The position numbers were made by a program, and so were the translations under genes. 64,000 nt of DNA from Patescibacteria group bacterium (GTDB taxonomy: Bacteria > Patescibacteriota > Microgenomatia > UBA1406 > GWC2-37-13), in assembly GCA_038328135.1 (NCBI GenBank), contig JBBQLR010000002.1, positions 12,936 through 76,935 on the forward strand, in the 5' to 3' direction. Shown piece by piece: positions 44,896 to 53,924 of the stretch (within the stretch, counting starts at the first letter, position 1; the number at the start of each line of letters is the position of its first letter). A model generated the notes under the pieces. It ran no database searches. It was not told the DNA's origin and saw nothing but the letters and a program-made list of their open reading frames with translations.

Positions 44896-46200
44896 TTATT
44901 GGGAAGACTGGAGTGTGTACGTGCCATCGTCGTTCACGATGAAAGCGCGTTCTGGATATTGTGGAAGAGAGTCCCGGAACGACTGTTTGTCAATGAGCAC
45001 TTTTCCAACAAACCAAGGTAGGTCTTCGTATGTTTTTTTATAAAGATATACTTTTTTTGTGGGGAGATAATACTCTGCTGGATGGAAGTCATATTCATGA
45101 GTGACATAGACAACATCATGTGGGCCCATCTCATTTCGTATTGTTTTAAATGTTTTATTTAAGGGTGCCTTTACTCGCAATAGTATCTGGATTGAGGAAT
45201 ATGACAGTAAGAAAAATGTAAAAAGAAATATAAGTGCAAAACGAATATATTTATTAGCAATGCTTTCAAAAGAAACAATAAGAAAAAGAATCATACCGAC
45301 TGATGTAAATATAAGATAGCGAGGAAGGAAAATAGGTTTAAAGAAAGACAGAATATAAACAACTAGCGGAATTCCAAAAGCCCATCCAATGAGAAGAGGA
45401 AAATGTATCTTTTTTTGACGTGAAAAATGATGAAGCGCACCAAAAATCATCGTTCCTGAAATGATAAGCGAAAGAAAGGTGAGAAAAGGAAAAACGACCC
45501 ATGCATCTTTTTCATACCCGGTGAGGATAATCGCAGGGAGAAGTAGTAAATCTTTCAATGAAGAAGTTGGAACCCAAAATGATTCACCTACAGGTGGACG
45601 AGCAAACAGCAGAATCACGATCCACGGTATAAACCATAGGGCAGCTTTAGCAAGCGGTAGTAAGAAACGATTCCGTTCTGCCTTGTGGGTAGTAATCACA
45701 ATAAAAGCAACCTGAAACAGTATCACACCTAAGAGAAAGTAATGTGTGTATAACGCAACTAGTGCGGTATATGCATACAGTTTATATTTTTTCTTCATTA
45801 AAAAATAGAAGAGGAGTGTCGCTATAAATGCCATCATGCTATACATACGCGCTTCAAAGGCATAGTAGTTTAAGAGTGGATTAATCATAAAAAAAAGAAG
45901 ATAGAGAAGCGATTTTTTTGTTCCCAATTTAAATATATCCCTCATGATAATGAACGCAACATACAGCGTTGCCCAAAAAAAGACAAAAGAGAGACTGCGG
46001 AGAGACACTTCAGAAGTTCCAAACAGAGCCATCCACAATTTCAATAAAAGATAATACAGAGGTGGGTTGGCGTCTTGGGCTGTAGACCAAAAAAGGAGAT
46101 GAATAGGCTGGTTTGCCATGAGATATGAAAATGCTTCATCTCTCCAGAAGCTCGCCACGAAATACGCTAGTGGCGTATTGGTAAATAAGTATCGCATCAT
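44896..46200 (-). CDS. GT-C membrane glycosyltransferase (GT39/PMT_2, ArnT-like)
   Basis: About 11 TM helices with an N-terminal-loop WRDEAF (DE motif) and a C-terminal soluble domain. Confidence 0.7.
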   Translation of the reverse strand: MMRYLFTNTPLAYFVASFWRDEAFSYLMANQPIHLLFWSTAQDANPPLYYLLLKLWMALFGTSEVSLRSLSFVFFWATLYVAFIIMRDIFKLGTKKSLLYLLFFMINPLLNYYAFEARMYSMMAFIATLLFYFLMKKKYKLYAYTALVALYTHYFLLGVILFQVAFIVITTHKAERNRFLLPLAKAALWFIPWIVILLFARPPVGESFWVPTSSLKDLLLLPAIILTGYEKDAWVVFPFLTFLSLIISGTMIFGALHHFSRQKKIHFPLLIGWAFGIPLVVYILSFFKPIFLPRYLIFTSVGMILFLIVSFESIANKYIRFALIFLFTFFLLSYSSIQILLRVKAPLNKTFKTIRNEMGPHDVVYVTHEYDFHPAEYYLPTKKVYLYKKTYEDLPWFVGKVLIDKQSFRDSLPQYPERAFIVNDDGTYTLQSSQ

Positions 46201-47678
46201 ACTTTTTCAGTCACTTTATAAGTAATATTTTTCTTTAGGATAATACGCGTATGTGATTCAAGTGCTGGAAGGGCGGAAAGAAAAAAGGATATGAACGGCA
46301 AAAAGTACCATTGGATTATCATAAGCGGCAGAGCTGTGATTGGTGTCTCAACTTTCATTTTCTTCCTAATATGGATATCAATATAAACGTAGACAAGTAT
46401 CATCGATGACGAAACGGTAAGAATGAATCCAGATAACTGGGGAAGAAGAAAACCAAGAACCGTATTCTTAAAAGCAGGATTGATAATGGGAGGGATGGAA
46501 GCACTTATTGTTAAAATGAAAAAAGATATTGGCCAAAGAAGATGGTTTTTTGACAGGAACGCTATTTTCTTGAATTTTGTTTTGAGCGAAATATGGGGGC
46601 TTGTCAGTGACTTACGGAGGGCATACCCGATATCACTCACACCCCAAGCCCATCGTTTTTCTTGTTCATATCGACTCTTGAATGTTTTGAGAAGACTTCC
46701 TGCAAATACCGCATCACTTCCGATAAGAGTGTACATAGGAATTGTTTTCACCTTATCTCCAAATTTGAAAAAGGCCTGTAAATAGACATGCCAGTCCTCA
46801 GGAATAATGTCAACGTCCCAATAATTAATTTCATGGATGAGCCACAGACTAACTGAATAGGTGGAAATTTGGATAAGGTTGTCTTTCTGGGACAAAAAAG
46901 CAAGTCGCATAATTGATGACAAAGTGGCTTGAATGCGAATGAAAAGGGGGAGGTGCCAGAAATTATTATAAAGAAGGACAGGTGCCCAATAGAAATGATA
47001 AATACGGTCTTTATCATGGGTAAAAGAGTGAGAGAGATACGAAAAGTAGTTTGTCGGGAGAATGCTGTCTGCATCACAAATGGTGAGAATAACTTCCTTG
47101 GGATCGAGATTATTTTTTTGCACATAAGTTGAAATAAGGTGAGCTGCCGCGGTTTGGTTACTTGCCTTACCCGCTTCTTCGTTAGCTTCGAGAACGTGAT
47201 AAGATACAATGATGTCCATAAAAAAATGACCGTATTCATTCCTAATAACTTCTGCTTTCTCCGATGCTTCAGGTTCTCTTTTTTCAAATGCTAATACCAA
47301 AACAATTTTCTTATACGGATAATCATTCGCCACCATATGATCGAGTGTTTTTTTTAGTTTATAGAGCGGTTCTTTGTAATTGGGGATGATGATGAAATGG
47401 GTTACTAGTGCTGTTTTTTCTGATCCTTGCTTTATGAGAGAATAAAACGGAACTTTTTCGAATGTATGGAGCAGGTGATAGGAAAGAGTGCTGTAGTAGA
47501 CGGTCTCCAAACAACTATACAGGAAGTAGAGGTCAAAGGCGATAATGAAATAAGCAACGAGCGCAGGGTGAAACGGGGATAACCAAAGAGGGAGAGTGAT
47601 AAGAAACCATGATAATACAGGGATTGTTAAATCGAACAATCGACCCAAAAAGGGATGACATTCACTTTTCTCTGACAT
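46197..47678 (-). CDS. membrane-embedded processive GT2 glycosyltransferase (cellulose/chitin synthase-like)
   Basis: IIPNYKEP, CDADS (DxD) and QEKRWAWG (QxxRW) motifs flanked by TM helices. ATGA overlap with the GT39 gene. Confidence 0.75.
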   Translation of the reverse strand: MSEKSECHPFLGRLFDLTIPVLSWFLITLPLWLSPFHPALVAYFIIAFDLYFLYSCLETVYYSTLSYHLLHTFEKVPFYSLIKQGSEKTALVTHFIIIPNYKEPLYKLKKTLDHMVANDYPYKKIVLVLAFEKREPEASEKAEVIRNEYGHFFMDIIVSYHVLEANEEAGKASNQTAAAHLISTYVQKNNLDPKEVILTICDADSILPTNYFSYLSHSFTHDKDRIYHFYWAPVLLYNNFWHLPLFIRIQATLSSIMRLAFLSQKDNLIQISTYSVSLWLIHEINYWDVDIIPEDWHVYLQAFFKFGDKVKTIPMYTLIGSDAVFAGSLLKTFKSRYEQEKRWAWGVSDIGYALRKSLTSPHISLKTKFKKIAFLSKNHLLWPISFFILTISASIPPIINPAFKNTVLGFLLPQLSGFILTVSSSMILVYVYIDIHIRKKMKVETPITALPLMIIQWYFLPFISFFLSALPALESHTRIILKKNITYKVTEKV

Positions 47679-47684
47679 AGCAGT

Positions 47685-47702
47685 ATTATACCGCAGTATA
47701 AT
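47685..47702. promoter_or_regulatory. divergent pair of perfect -10 boxes
   Basis: Minus strand: TATAAT (plus 47685-47690), 6 nt before ATG 47678. Plus strand: TATAAT 47697-47702, 6 nt before ATG 47709. No SD on either side. Confidence 0.55.
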
Positions 47703-47708
47703 ATTCTC

Positions 47709-50702
47709 ATGTCATCATTCCAAAAAGTATACTCATTGTTGAACGAGCAACAAAGGCAGGCAGTTGACACAATCGAAGGTCCGGTGATGGTAGTGGCAGG
47801 CCCGGGAACGGGGAAAACGCAGATTCTCACACTCCGTATTGCCAATATCCTTTTAAAAACCCAAGTTAACCCTGAAAATATCCTTGCCCTTACCTTTACG
47901 GAAAACGCTGCCGCTGAGATGAAAGACAGGTTGAGCGCCCTCATTGGTCCAGACGCATTTCGGGTAAACATAAACACTTTTCACGGATTTTGTAATGAAC
48001 TGATCCAGAAACACTTTGACATCTTTCATCATTTAGCCTCATATATGCCGATAAGCGCACTTGAGGAGATCCAGATGATTCAACAAATTATCGAAAGCGA
48101 AAATTTCATTTTTCTACGCCCTCAGGGAGATCCTGCTTATTATTTTCACCCGATTAGGTCTGCCCTATCAGCATTAAAAAAAGAAGGGGTAAGTCCCGCA
48201 CAATTTAAAAAGGCTGTCAAGGAGTGGAAGAGTGATTTTGAGAAGCGGGATGACCTTATCAACACAAAAGGTAAATATAAGGGAAAGATGAAAGGGTTCG
48301 CAATAGATGAAATAAAAAATATTGAAAAAAATAAGGAATTCGCTCGAGTTTATGAGCTATACCAGGAGAAAATGAGGACGAATAAATTATACGATTTCAA
48401 CGATATGATAATTGAGGTGATTCAAGCATTTAAACAAAGCGAGGATTTTCTTTCTCAGATTCGGGAAACATACCAGTATATCCTTGTCGATGAACATCAG
48501 GATACGAATAATGCCCAAAATACCATAATTGAATATATATGTAGTATCGATGATTTCCCTAATCTTTTCGTTGTAGGAGATGAAAAACAGTCGATTTTTC
48601 GTTTTCAAGGAGCGTCCCTTGAGAATTTCCTTTATTTCAAAAAGACATTTCCGCGGGCAACGCTCATCTCTCTTATCGATAACTATCGGTCAACGCAAAG
48701 TATTCTCGATTCTGCACATTCACTCATTAAACACAATATACAAAGTATTTCGAGGGAAATTCACCTGAATGCAAGAGCTAAACTTCCTGAAATAACGATG
48801 ACTCTTCTTAAGAATAGCAATCCACATCAGGAGTATTTTGAAGTTGCCCGCTCAATACTCAAACAACATGAATCTGGAGTGGCGTATGAGCAAATAGCGA
48901 TAATCATGAGGAAGAACATCGATCTACTTAATATGGCTGACGTGCTAACGAAAAACAATATTCCTTCTATCATTTCCACGGATGAATCAATTTTCTCTGA
49001 CATCTATATCCAAAAAATACTTTCATTGTTGCGGGCGATTTATTTTGCGGGTGATGATGCATTTTTATCGAAGGTGTTGCTCATGGATATTTTCTCACTC
49101 AGTCCACTCGATGTTTTTACTGTCATGCAAAATGCTCACAAAAGCAAACAATCACTTTGGGATTATTTGAACGGGGCAGTTGTACCTAAAAATCTTACAG
49201 AAACGATACACGCCATAATCGGATGGAAAAAGCGGTCCGAAAACGAAAGTATCGATGAGTTTTTTATCGAGTTGCTCCATGAATCGGGGATTATGGAACA
49301 TATCCTCAAAGAATATAATTCACTTGCGATATTGGAGAAGCTGCATGTGTTATATGAAGACATAAAAGAGCTCCAGCGAAAAAATCATTTATTGGACCTT
49401 AAAGGATATCTCGAATATCTCGAATTGTTGGAAGAACACGCAATCGCACCACATATAAAAACGATCAAAAGAAAAGCAGGGAGTGTGTTTATAACGACTG
49501 CACACAAAGCAAAAGGGCTGGAATTTGAATATGTCTATATTCCCAAAGTAACGGATGGTTATTGGGGAAATGCTCGCGGCCAGATATCGCTCATCCATCT
49601 TCCTTGGAACTATCTATCGCGCATAGAGACAAAACAGGAAAAAGAAGATCTAATCGAAGAAGAACGAAGGCTTTTTTATGTTGCCCTTACCCGTGCAAAA
49701 AAACAATTGATTCTTTCCTACAGCGTTCAAAATGAAGAAGGAAAAGCTCAACTCCCTTCACGATTTATTTTTGAAATCCCACAGGAATTAATCCATATGG
49801 ATTCTAAAGAAGAACTTCCGGATGAAGCAAAAAATAGGTTAATTACCTATCTTACCCCTCATAAACAAGCTCCAGATTATTACGATAAAGAAGAAATGCA
49901 GGAGTATATCCGGTCTCTTTTTATTCATAATGGTGTATCAGTGAGCGCCCTAAACAATTTTATAAACTGTCCTTGGCGTTATTTGTTCCGCAATCTCATT
50001 CGGCTTCCGGACATACGGGGATATTATCTACTTCTGGGGACGGCGGTCCATGATACTATCCGTGAATATATTTCACAAAAGAAAAATAACGTACTTTGGG
50101 GAGAAAACGAGCTCATACATTACTATAAAGAGACCATTACACACTATTCTGCTACGGAAAAGGATTTAACTGTCTTATTAGATAAGGGCTCCGAAATAAT
50201 TAAATCATATTATCAAAAACGCATGAAGGATTGGGATACGAATAGAGAATCGGAATTAATTATCCCGAAAATGTATCTTGACGAGGATATATCAATCAAC
50301 GGAAAAATAGATATGATGGTTTTGGAGAAAAACAATGTAGTCGTGGTATACGACTTTAAAACGGGAAAAGCGAAAAGTAGAAATGCGCTTCTTGGTGGAA
50401 CGCAAACTCAAAATAAAGACTATTATCGTCAACTCGTCTTTTATAAGCTCCTTTTGTCTTTGTATAAAAAAGGGCAATTCAAGATGAGGGAGGGAATAAT
50501 TGAATTTGTTGAATCTGCACTGGATGGGGAAATCAAAAGTGATTCATTTATTATCGAAGAAATCGAAGTGAAGAATCTAATAGAGGAAATTCATGTGATG
50601 AAGAATTCTGTCCTTTCCCTTTCATTCTGGGATAAGAGATGTGGCGACGTGGAGTGTGAGTATTGCCGACTGAGGTCCCATTTTTATCGACCTTTACGAT
50701 GA
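47709..50702 (+). CDS. UvrD/PcrA-type SF1 helicase fused to a C-terminal PD-(D/E)xK (Cas4/AddB-like) nuclease with a Cys cluster
   Basis: AGPGTGKTQ Walker A, DEHQDTN, and TAHKAKGLEF...YVALTRA. C-terminal CPWRY, IDMMV...VYDFKTGK and CGDVECEYC. Confidence 0.85.
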   Translation: MSSFQKVYSLLNEQQRQAVDTIEGPVMVVAGPGTGKTQILTLRIANILLKTQVNPENILALTFTENAAAEMKDRLSALIGPDAFRVNINTFHGFCNELIQKHFDIFHHLASYMPISALEEIQMIQQIIESENFIFLRPQGDPAYYFHPIRSALSALKKEGVSPAQFKKAVKEWKSDFEKRDDLINTKGKYKGKMKGFAIDEIKNIEKNKEFARVYELYQEKMRTNKLYDFNDMIIEVIQAFKQSEDFLSQIRETYQYILVDEHQDTNNAQNTIIEYICSIDDFPNLFVVGDEKQSIFRFQGASLENFLYFKKTFPRATLISLIDNYRSTQSILDSAHSLIKHNIQSISREIHLNARAKLPEITMTLLKNSNPHQEYFEVARSILKQHESGVAYEQIAIIMRKNIDLLNMADVLTKNNIPSIISTDESIFSDIYIQKILSLLRAIYFAGDDAFLSKVLLMDIFSLSPLDVFTVMQNAHKSKQSLWDYLNGAVVPKNLTETIHAIIGWKKRSENESIDEFFIELLHESGIMEHILKEYNSLAILEKLHVLYEDIKELQRKNHLLDLKGYLEYLELLEEHAIAPHIKTIKRKAGSVFITTAHKAKGLEFEYVYIPKVTDGYWGNARGQISLIHLPWNYLSRIETKQEKEDLIEEERRLFYVALTRAKKQLILSYSVQNEEGKAQLPSRFIFEIPQELIHMDSKEELPDEAKNRLITYLTPHKQAPDYYDKEEMQEYIRSLFIHNGVSVSALNNFINCPWRYLFRNLIRLPDIRGYYLLLGTAVHDTIREYISQKKNNVLWGENELIHYYKETITHYSATEKDLTVLLDKGSEIIKSYYQKRMKDWDTNRESELIIPKMYLDEDISINGKIDMMVLEKNNVVVVYDFKTGKAKSRNALLGGTQTQNKDYYRQLVFYKLLLSLYKKGQFKMREGIIEFVESALDGEIKSDSFIIEEIEVKNLIEEIHVMKNSVLSLSFWDKRCGDVECEYCRLRSHFYRPLR

Positions 50703-51526
50703 CCTGTGTCCTTACTATACATTTCGTATACCGAAACGAGCGTAAATACGAAAATAAGCGAAACTGCTATGGTTGCTACGTTAACTACGAACGGAAACAG
50801 AGCAAAAAGAAGCGTTATGGTGAATAATGGGACGTGCGTGCCATGCATACTCGCCTGGATGCATTTTTTAAGGTGAATATGGGGTATGAAGGTTCGAAGT
50901 AATACAAATACAAGGAACGATGACAATAAGACAAGAAGGGAAACCCCTACCATAAAAGTCAATGGTACGAGAACGATAAGAATAGTATAGAAGAATAATA
51001 TAAAGGCCGGGAAATATGAATTTGTTTGCGTAATAAATGACTGAATTGTAGGCTTTGTGATAAGAAAATTCCAAGAACTGTTATACGGTCGAACAAATAC
51101 ACTCCCTTTATAAGATATTTGCGCCTTGTCCTGCCCAAGGAAAACAAGCGGGAGTGGGATATGTGCGTTTTCCATTTTGTCCCTTGTTTGGACCATAAAC
51201 ATAAAAAGAGGTTGGCTTCCGTCATAGACCCACAAGAACAATGGTTTGTCTAAATTCGTTTCCAATATTCCCTTCGTGAAAGTAAGCTTCACATCATCAG
51301 GAAAAGACATGAGGGATCTAATTGTTGCATTTTTGTAATGAGCCATTTTTATCGGAGATACTTGATATACTACAATCCCAGTAATTATCAATGCAAAAAA
51401 GGAAAGGACAATAAAATAGTATTTAAACGAAAATTGAAAGCGAGTATGAAGTAGTTTTGGGTAATAAATGTCTTGAGGGACGAAAGAATGAACAAAGGTT
51501 GCTAAAATGTGCTTGACTTTTTTCAT
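50684..51526 (-). CDS. polytopic membrane protein (possibly DUF1189-like)
   Basis: Start at MKKVKHIL with CATAAT 7 nt upstream. N-terminal TM, a soluble loop, then 4-5 C-terminal TMs. Family assignment is tentative. Confidence 0.5.
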   Translation of the reverse strand: MKKVKHILATFVHSFVPQDIYYPKLLHTRFQFSFKYYFIVLSFFALIITGIVVYQVSPIKMAHYKNATIRSLMSFPDDVKLTFTKGILETNLDKPLFLWVYDGSQPLFMFMVQTRDKMENAHIPLPLVFLGQDKAQISYKGSVFVRPYNSSWNFLITKPTIQSFITQTNSYFPAFILFFYTILIVLVPLTFMVGVSLLVLLSSFLVFVLLRTFIPHIHLKKCIQASMHGTHVPLFTITLLFALFPFVVNVATIAVSLIFVFTLVSVYEMYSKDTGHRKGR

Positions 51527-51615
51527 GTTACGAATTATGATAGAGTAATCAGAAAAAAAATGCAACTTCATCTATTGAAGTGAGATTTTTCTTTATTAAT
51601 TTATATTATTATCTT

Positions 51616-52800
51616 ATGGCAGAAGGAGTATTTGCTAGAACAAAACCTCATTTGAATATTGGAACTATTGGACACGTCGATCACGGAAAAACTACAACAA
51701 CATCTGCTATTCACTACGTTCTTTCCAAAAAAGGTCTCGCAAAATTTCTTAAATACGAAGATATTGATAAAGCTCCAGAAGAAAGAGCACGTGGCGTCAC
51801 CATCAATCTTCATCACTCAGAATACGAAACAGTAAAAAGGCACTATGCACATATTGATGCTCCAGGACATTCCGATTACATCAAGAACATGATTACAGGA
51901 GCCGCTCAAATGGATGGAGCAATCCTCGTTGTATCAGCTCCAGATGGTCCAATGCCACAAACGAGAGAGCACATCCTTCTTGCAAAACAGGTTAACGTTC
52001 CTGGCATTATTGTCTTTCTTAATAAGGTAGATATGGTTCAAGACAAGGAAATCCTTGACCTCGTTGAAATGGAAGTGAGAGATCTTCTTACAAAATATGG
52101 ATTCCCAGGAGACACTGTTCCCATTATCAGAGGATCAGCCCTTAAAGCTCTTCAAGATGATCCAGAAGCTATCAAACAGATTGAAGCTCTTATGGACCAA
52201 GTTGATTCATATTTCCCAGATCCAGTCAGACCAACAGACAAACCATTCCTTATGCCTATTGAGGATGTTTTTACAATCCCAGGTCGTGGAACAGTGGTTA
52301 CAGGTCGTGTTGAAAGAGGAATCTTAAAGCTCGGAGAAGAACTTGAAATTGTTGGACTCAAAGACACAACAAAGACAGTAGTTACAGGTATCGAAATGTT
52401 CAGAAAAACACTTGATGAAGCACGAGCAGGAGACAATACAGGAATTCTTATCAGAGGAATTGAAAAGAAAGACGTACAACGTGGACAAGTTCTTGCAAAA
52501 CCAGGAACAATCAAACCACACACAGAATTTGAGGCTGAAATCATCGTTCTTAAAAAGGAAGAAGGGGGAAGACACACAGCATTCTTCAATGGATATAGAC
52601 CACAGTTTTATATCAGAACGACAGATGTTACTGGAGAAATCATTCTTCCAGCAGGAGTAGAAATGGTTATGCCAGGAGATAATGTAAAGGTCACTGGAAA
52701 GCTTATCTACCCAGTTGCTATGGAAGAAGGATTAAAGTTTGCTATCCGAGAGGGTGGCCACACAGTAGGAGCTGGAGTCGTAACAAAAATTATTAAATAA
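51616..52800 (+). CDS. tuf: elongation factor Tu
   Basis: [14 protein letters not shown] and NKVD motifs. Start at [12 protein letters not shown]; the track ORF begins at an upstream non-ATG codon. Confidence 0.97.
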   Translation: MAEGVFARTKPHLNIGTIGHVDHGKTTTTSAIHYVLSKKGLAKFLKYEDIDKAPEERARGVTINLHHSEYETVKRHYAHIDAPGHSDYIKNMITGAAQMDGAILVVSAPDGPMPQTREHILLAKQVNVPGIIVFLNKVDMVQDKEILDLVEMEVRDLLTKYGFPGDTVPIIRGSALKALQDDPEAIKQIEALMDQVDSYFPDPVRPTDKPFLMPIEDVFTIPGRGTVVTGRVERGILKLGEELEIVGLKDTTKTVVTGIEMFRKTLDEARAGDNTGILIRGIEKKDVQRGQVLAKPGTIKPHTEFEAEIIVLKKEEGGRHTAFFNGYRPQFYIRTTDVTGEIILPAGVEMVMPGDNVKVTGKLIYPVAMEEGLKFAIREGGHTVGAGVVTKIIK

Positions 52801-52828
52801 TGGTTCGATTTAAGAGTACTTTTACACT

Positions 52829-53137
52829 ATGCCTAAAGGAAGAATTAGAATTAAACTGAGGTCTTATGATTATCGCATAATTGATGAGACTTGTCAGAAG
52901 CTTGTTGACACAGCAGTGAGAACAGGGGCTTCAGTTATGGGGCCTATTCCTCTTCCAACAAAGGTAGAAGTGTTCGTTGTAAATAAATCGACGTTTATTG
53001 ATAAAAATGCTAGAGAGCACTTTGGCTTGAAGACTCATAAACGATTAATCGATATATTGAACCCAACAAATCAGACGATTGATTCGTTGATGCATTTGGA
53101 ACTTCCAGCCGGCGTCGAGGTTGAAGTAAAAATGTAA
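52829..53137 (+). CDS. rpsJ: 30S ribosomal protein S10
   Basis: RIRIKLRSYD...GPIPLPTK signature; 102 aa. Confidence 0.95.
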   Translation: MPKGRIRIKLRSYDYRIIDETCQKLVDTAVRTGASVMGPIPLPTKVEVFVVNKSTFIDKNAREHFGLKTHKRLIDILNPTNQTIDSLMHLELPAGVEVEVKM

Positions 53138-53144
53138 TTTGAGG

Positions 53145-53173
53145 TTGATAAAAGGCGATTAGTATTATATAAT
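53145..53173 (+). promoter_or_regulatory. promoter-like element between rpsJ and rplC
   Basis: TTGATA 53145-53150, 17 nt, TATAAT 53168-53173. Confidence 0.45.
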
Positions 53174-53192
53174 CACAAAGTTCCGGATAGTA

Positions 53193-53222
53193 AAATATGC
53201 CGAATCAAAGGCATATTTTTTT
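53193..53222 (+). terminator. hairpin plus U tract between rpsJ and rplC (terminator or attenuator)
   Basis: AAATATGCC (53193-53201) / GGCATATTT (53210-53218), 8-nt loop, T7 run to 53222. The stem is AT-rich, so strength is uncertain. Confidence 0.5.
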
Positions 53223-53252
53223 CGTCATTGTCCGATAAGTTTAAATAACGCT

Positions 53253-53924
53253 ATGGACAGGTTTATTTTAGGTACAAAAAAAAGTCAATCACAACGGTTT
53301 GATGAAAAAGGCTCTCGAGTCGCAGTCACAACCATTGAAACAACCCCAAACTATCTTCTCGATATAAAACTATCAGATAAGAACGGATATTCTGCATTAG
53401 TAGTTGGATACCGCGAAGGTAAAAACATTGCAAAACCAGTTTTAGGTCTTCTTAAAAAGGCAAAAGTCGAAAAAAAATTAAAATATATCCAAGAATTTCG
53501 ATTTGATCCAAAAGTTCTTGCCGTTACAGAAAAAGATGGTAAGAAAAGTATTGCTTTTGGCGAAACCATTGTTGAAGTCGGTCAAGAATTGAAACCAACC
53601 CAATTATTCACTGTTGCAGATTCAGTTACTGTGACAGGAACGAGTAAGGGAAAAGGATTTCAAGGAGTAGTAAAGAGACATGCCTTTAAGGGTGGATCAA
53701 AAACACACGGACAATCTGACCGCGAACGTGCTCCAGGATCTATCGGTATGTCTACCACTCCAGGACGTGTTTTTAAAGGAAAAAGAATGGCAGGAAGAAT
53801 GGGAAATGACACTGTAACCGTAAGTGGCCTCAGCATCATGGAAACGACAGAAACAGGAATACTTGTAAAAGGTCTTGTTCCAGGAGCAATAGGCGGATTA
53901 GTGAGAATTAAAAGAATTTCATGA
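53253..53924 (+). CDS. rplC: 50S ribosomal protein L3
   Basis: GTSKGKGFQGVVKRH and GSIG signature blocks. Confidence 0.95.
   Translation: MDRFILGTKKSQSQRFDEKGSRVAVTTIETTPNYLLDIKLSDKNGYSALVVGYREGKNIAKPVLGLLKKAKVEKKLKYIQEFRFDPKVLAVTEKDGKKSIAFGETIVEVGQELKPTQLFTVADSVTVTGTSKGKGFQGVVKRHAFKGGSKTHGQSDRERAPGSIGMSTTPGRVFKGKRMAGRMGNDTVTVSGLSIMETTETGILVKGLVPGAIGGLVRIKRIS

Noticed and set aside
53223-53252. A second leaderless-type promoter directly before rplC (TAAATA, 5 nt before the ATG).
   Set aside because: Poor match to the -10 consensus, the spacing is too short, and there is no -35. Not distinguishable from AT-rich background.
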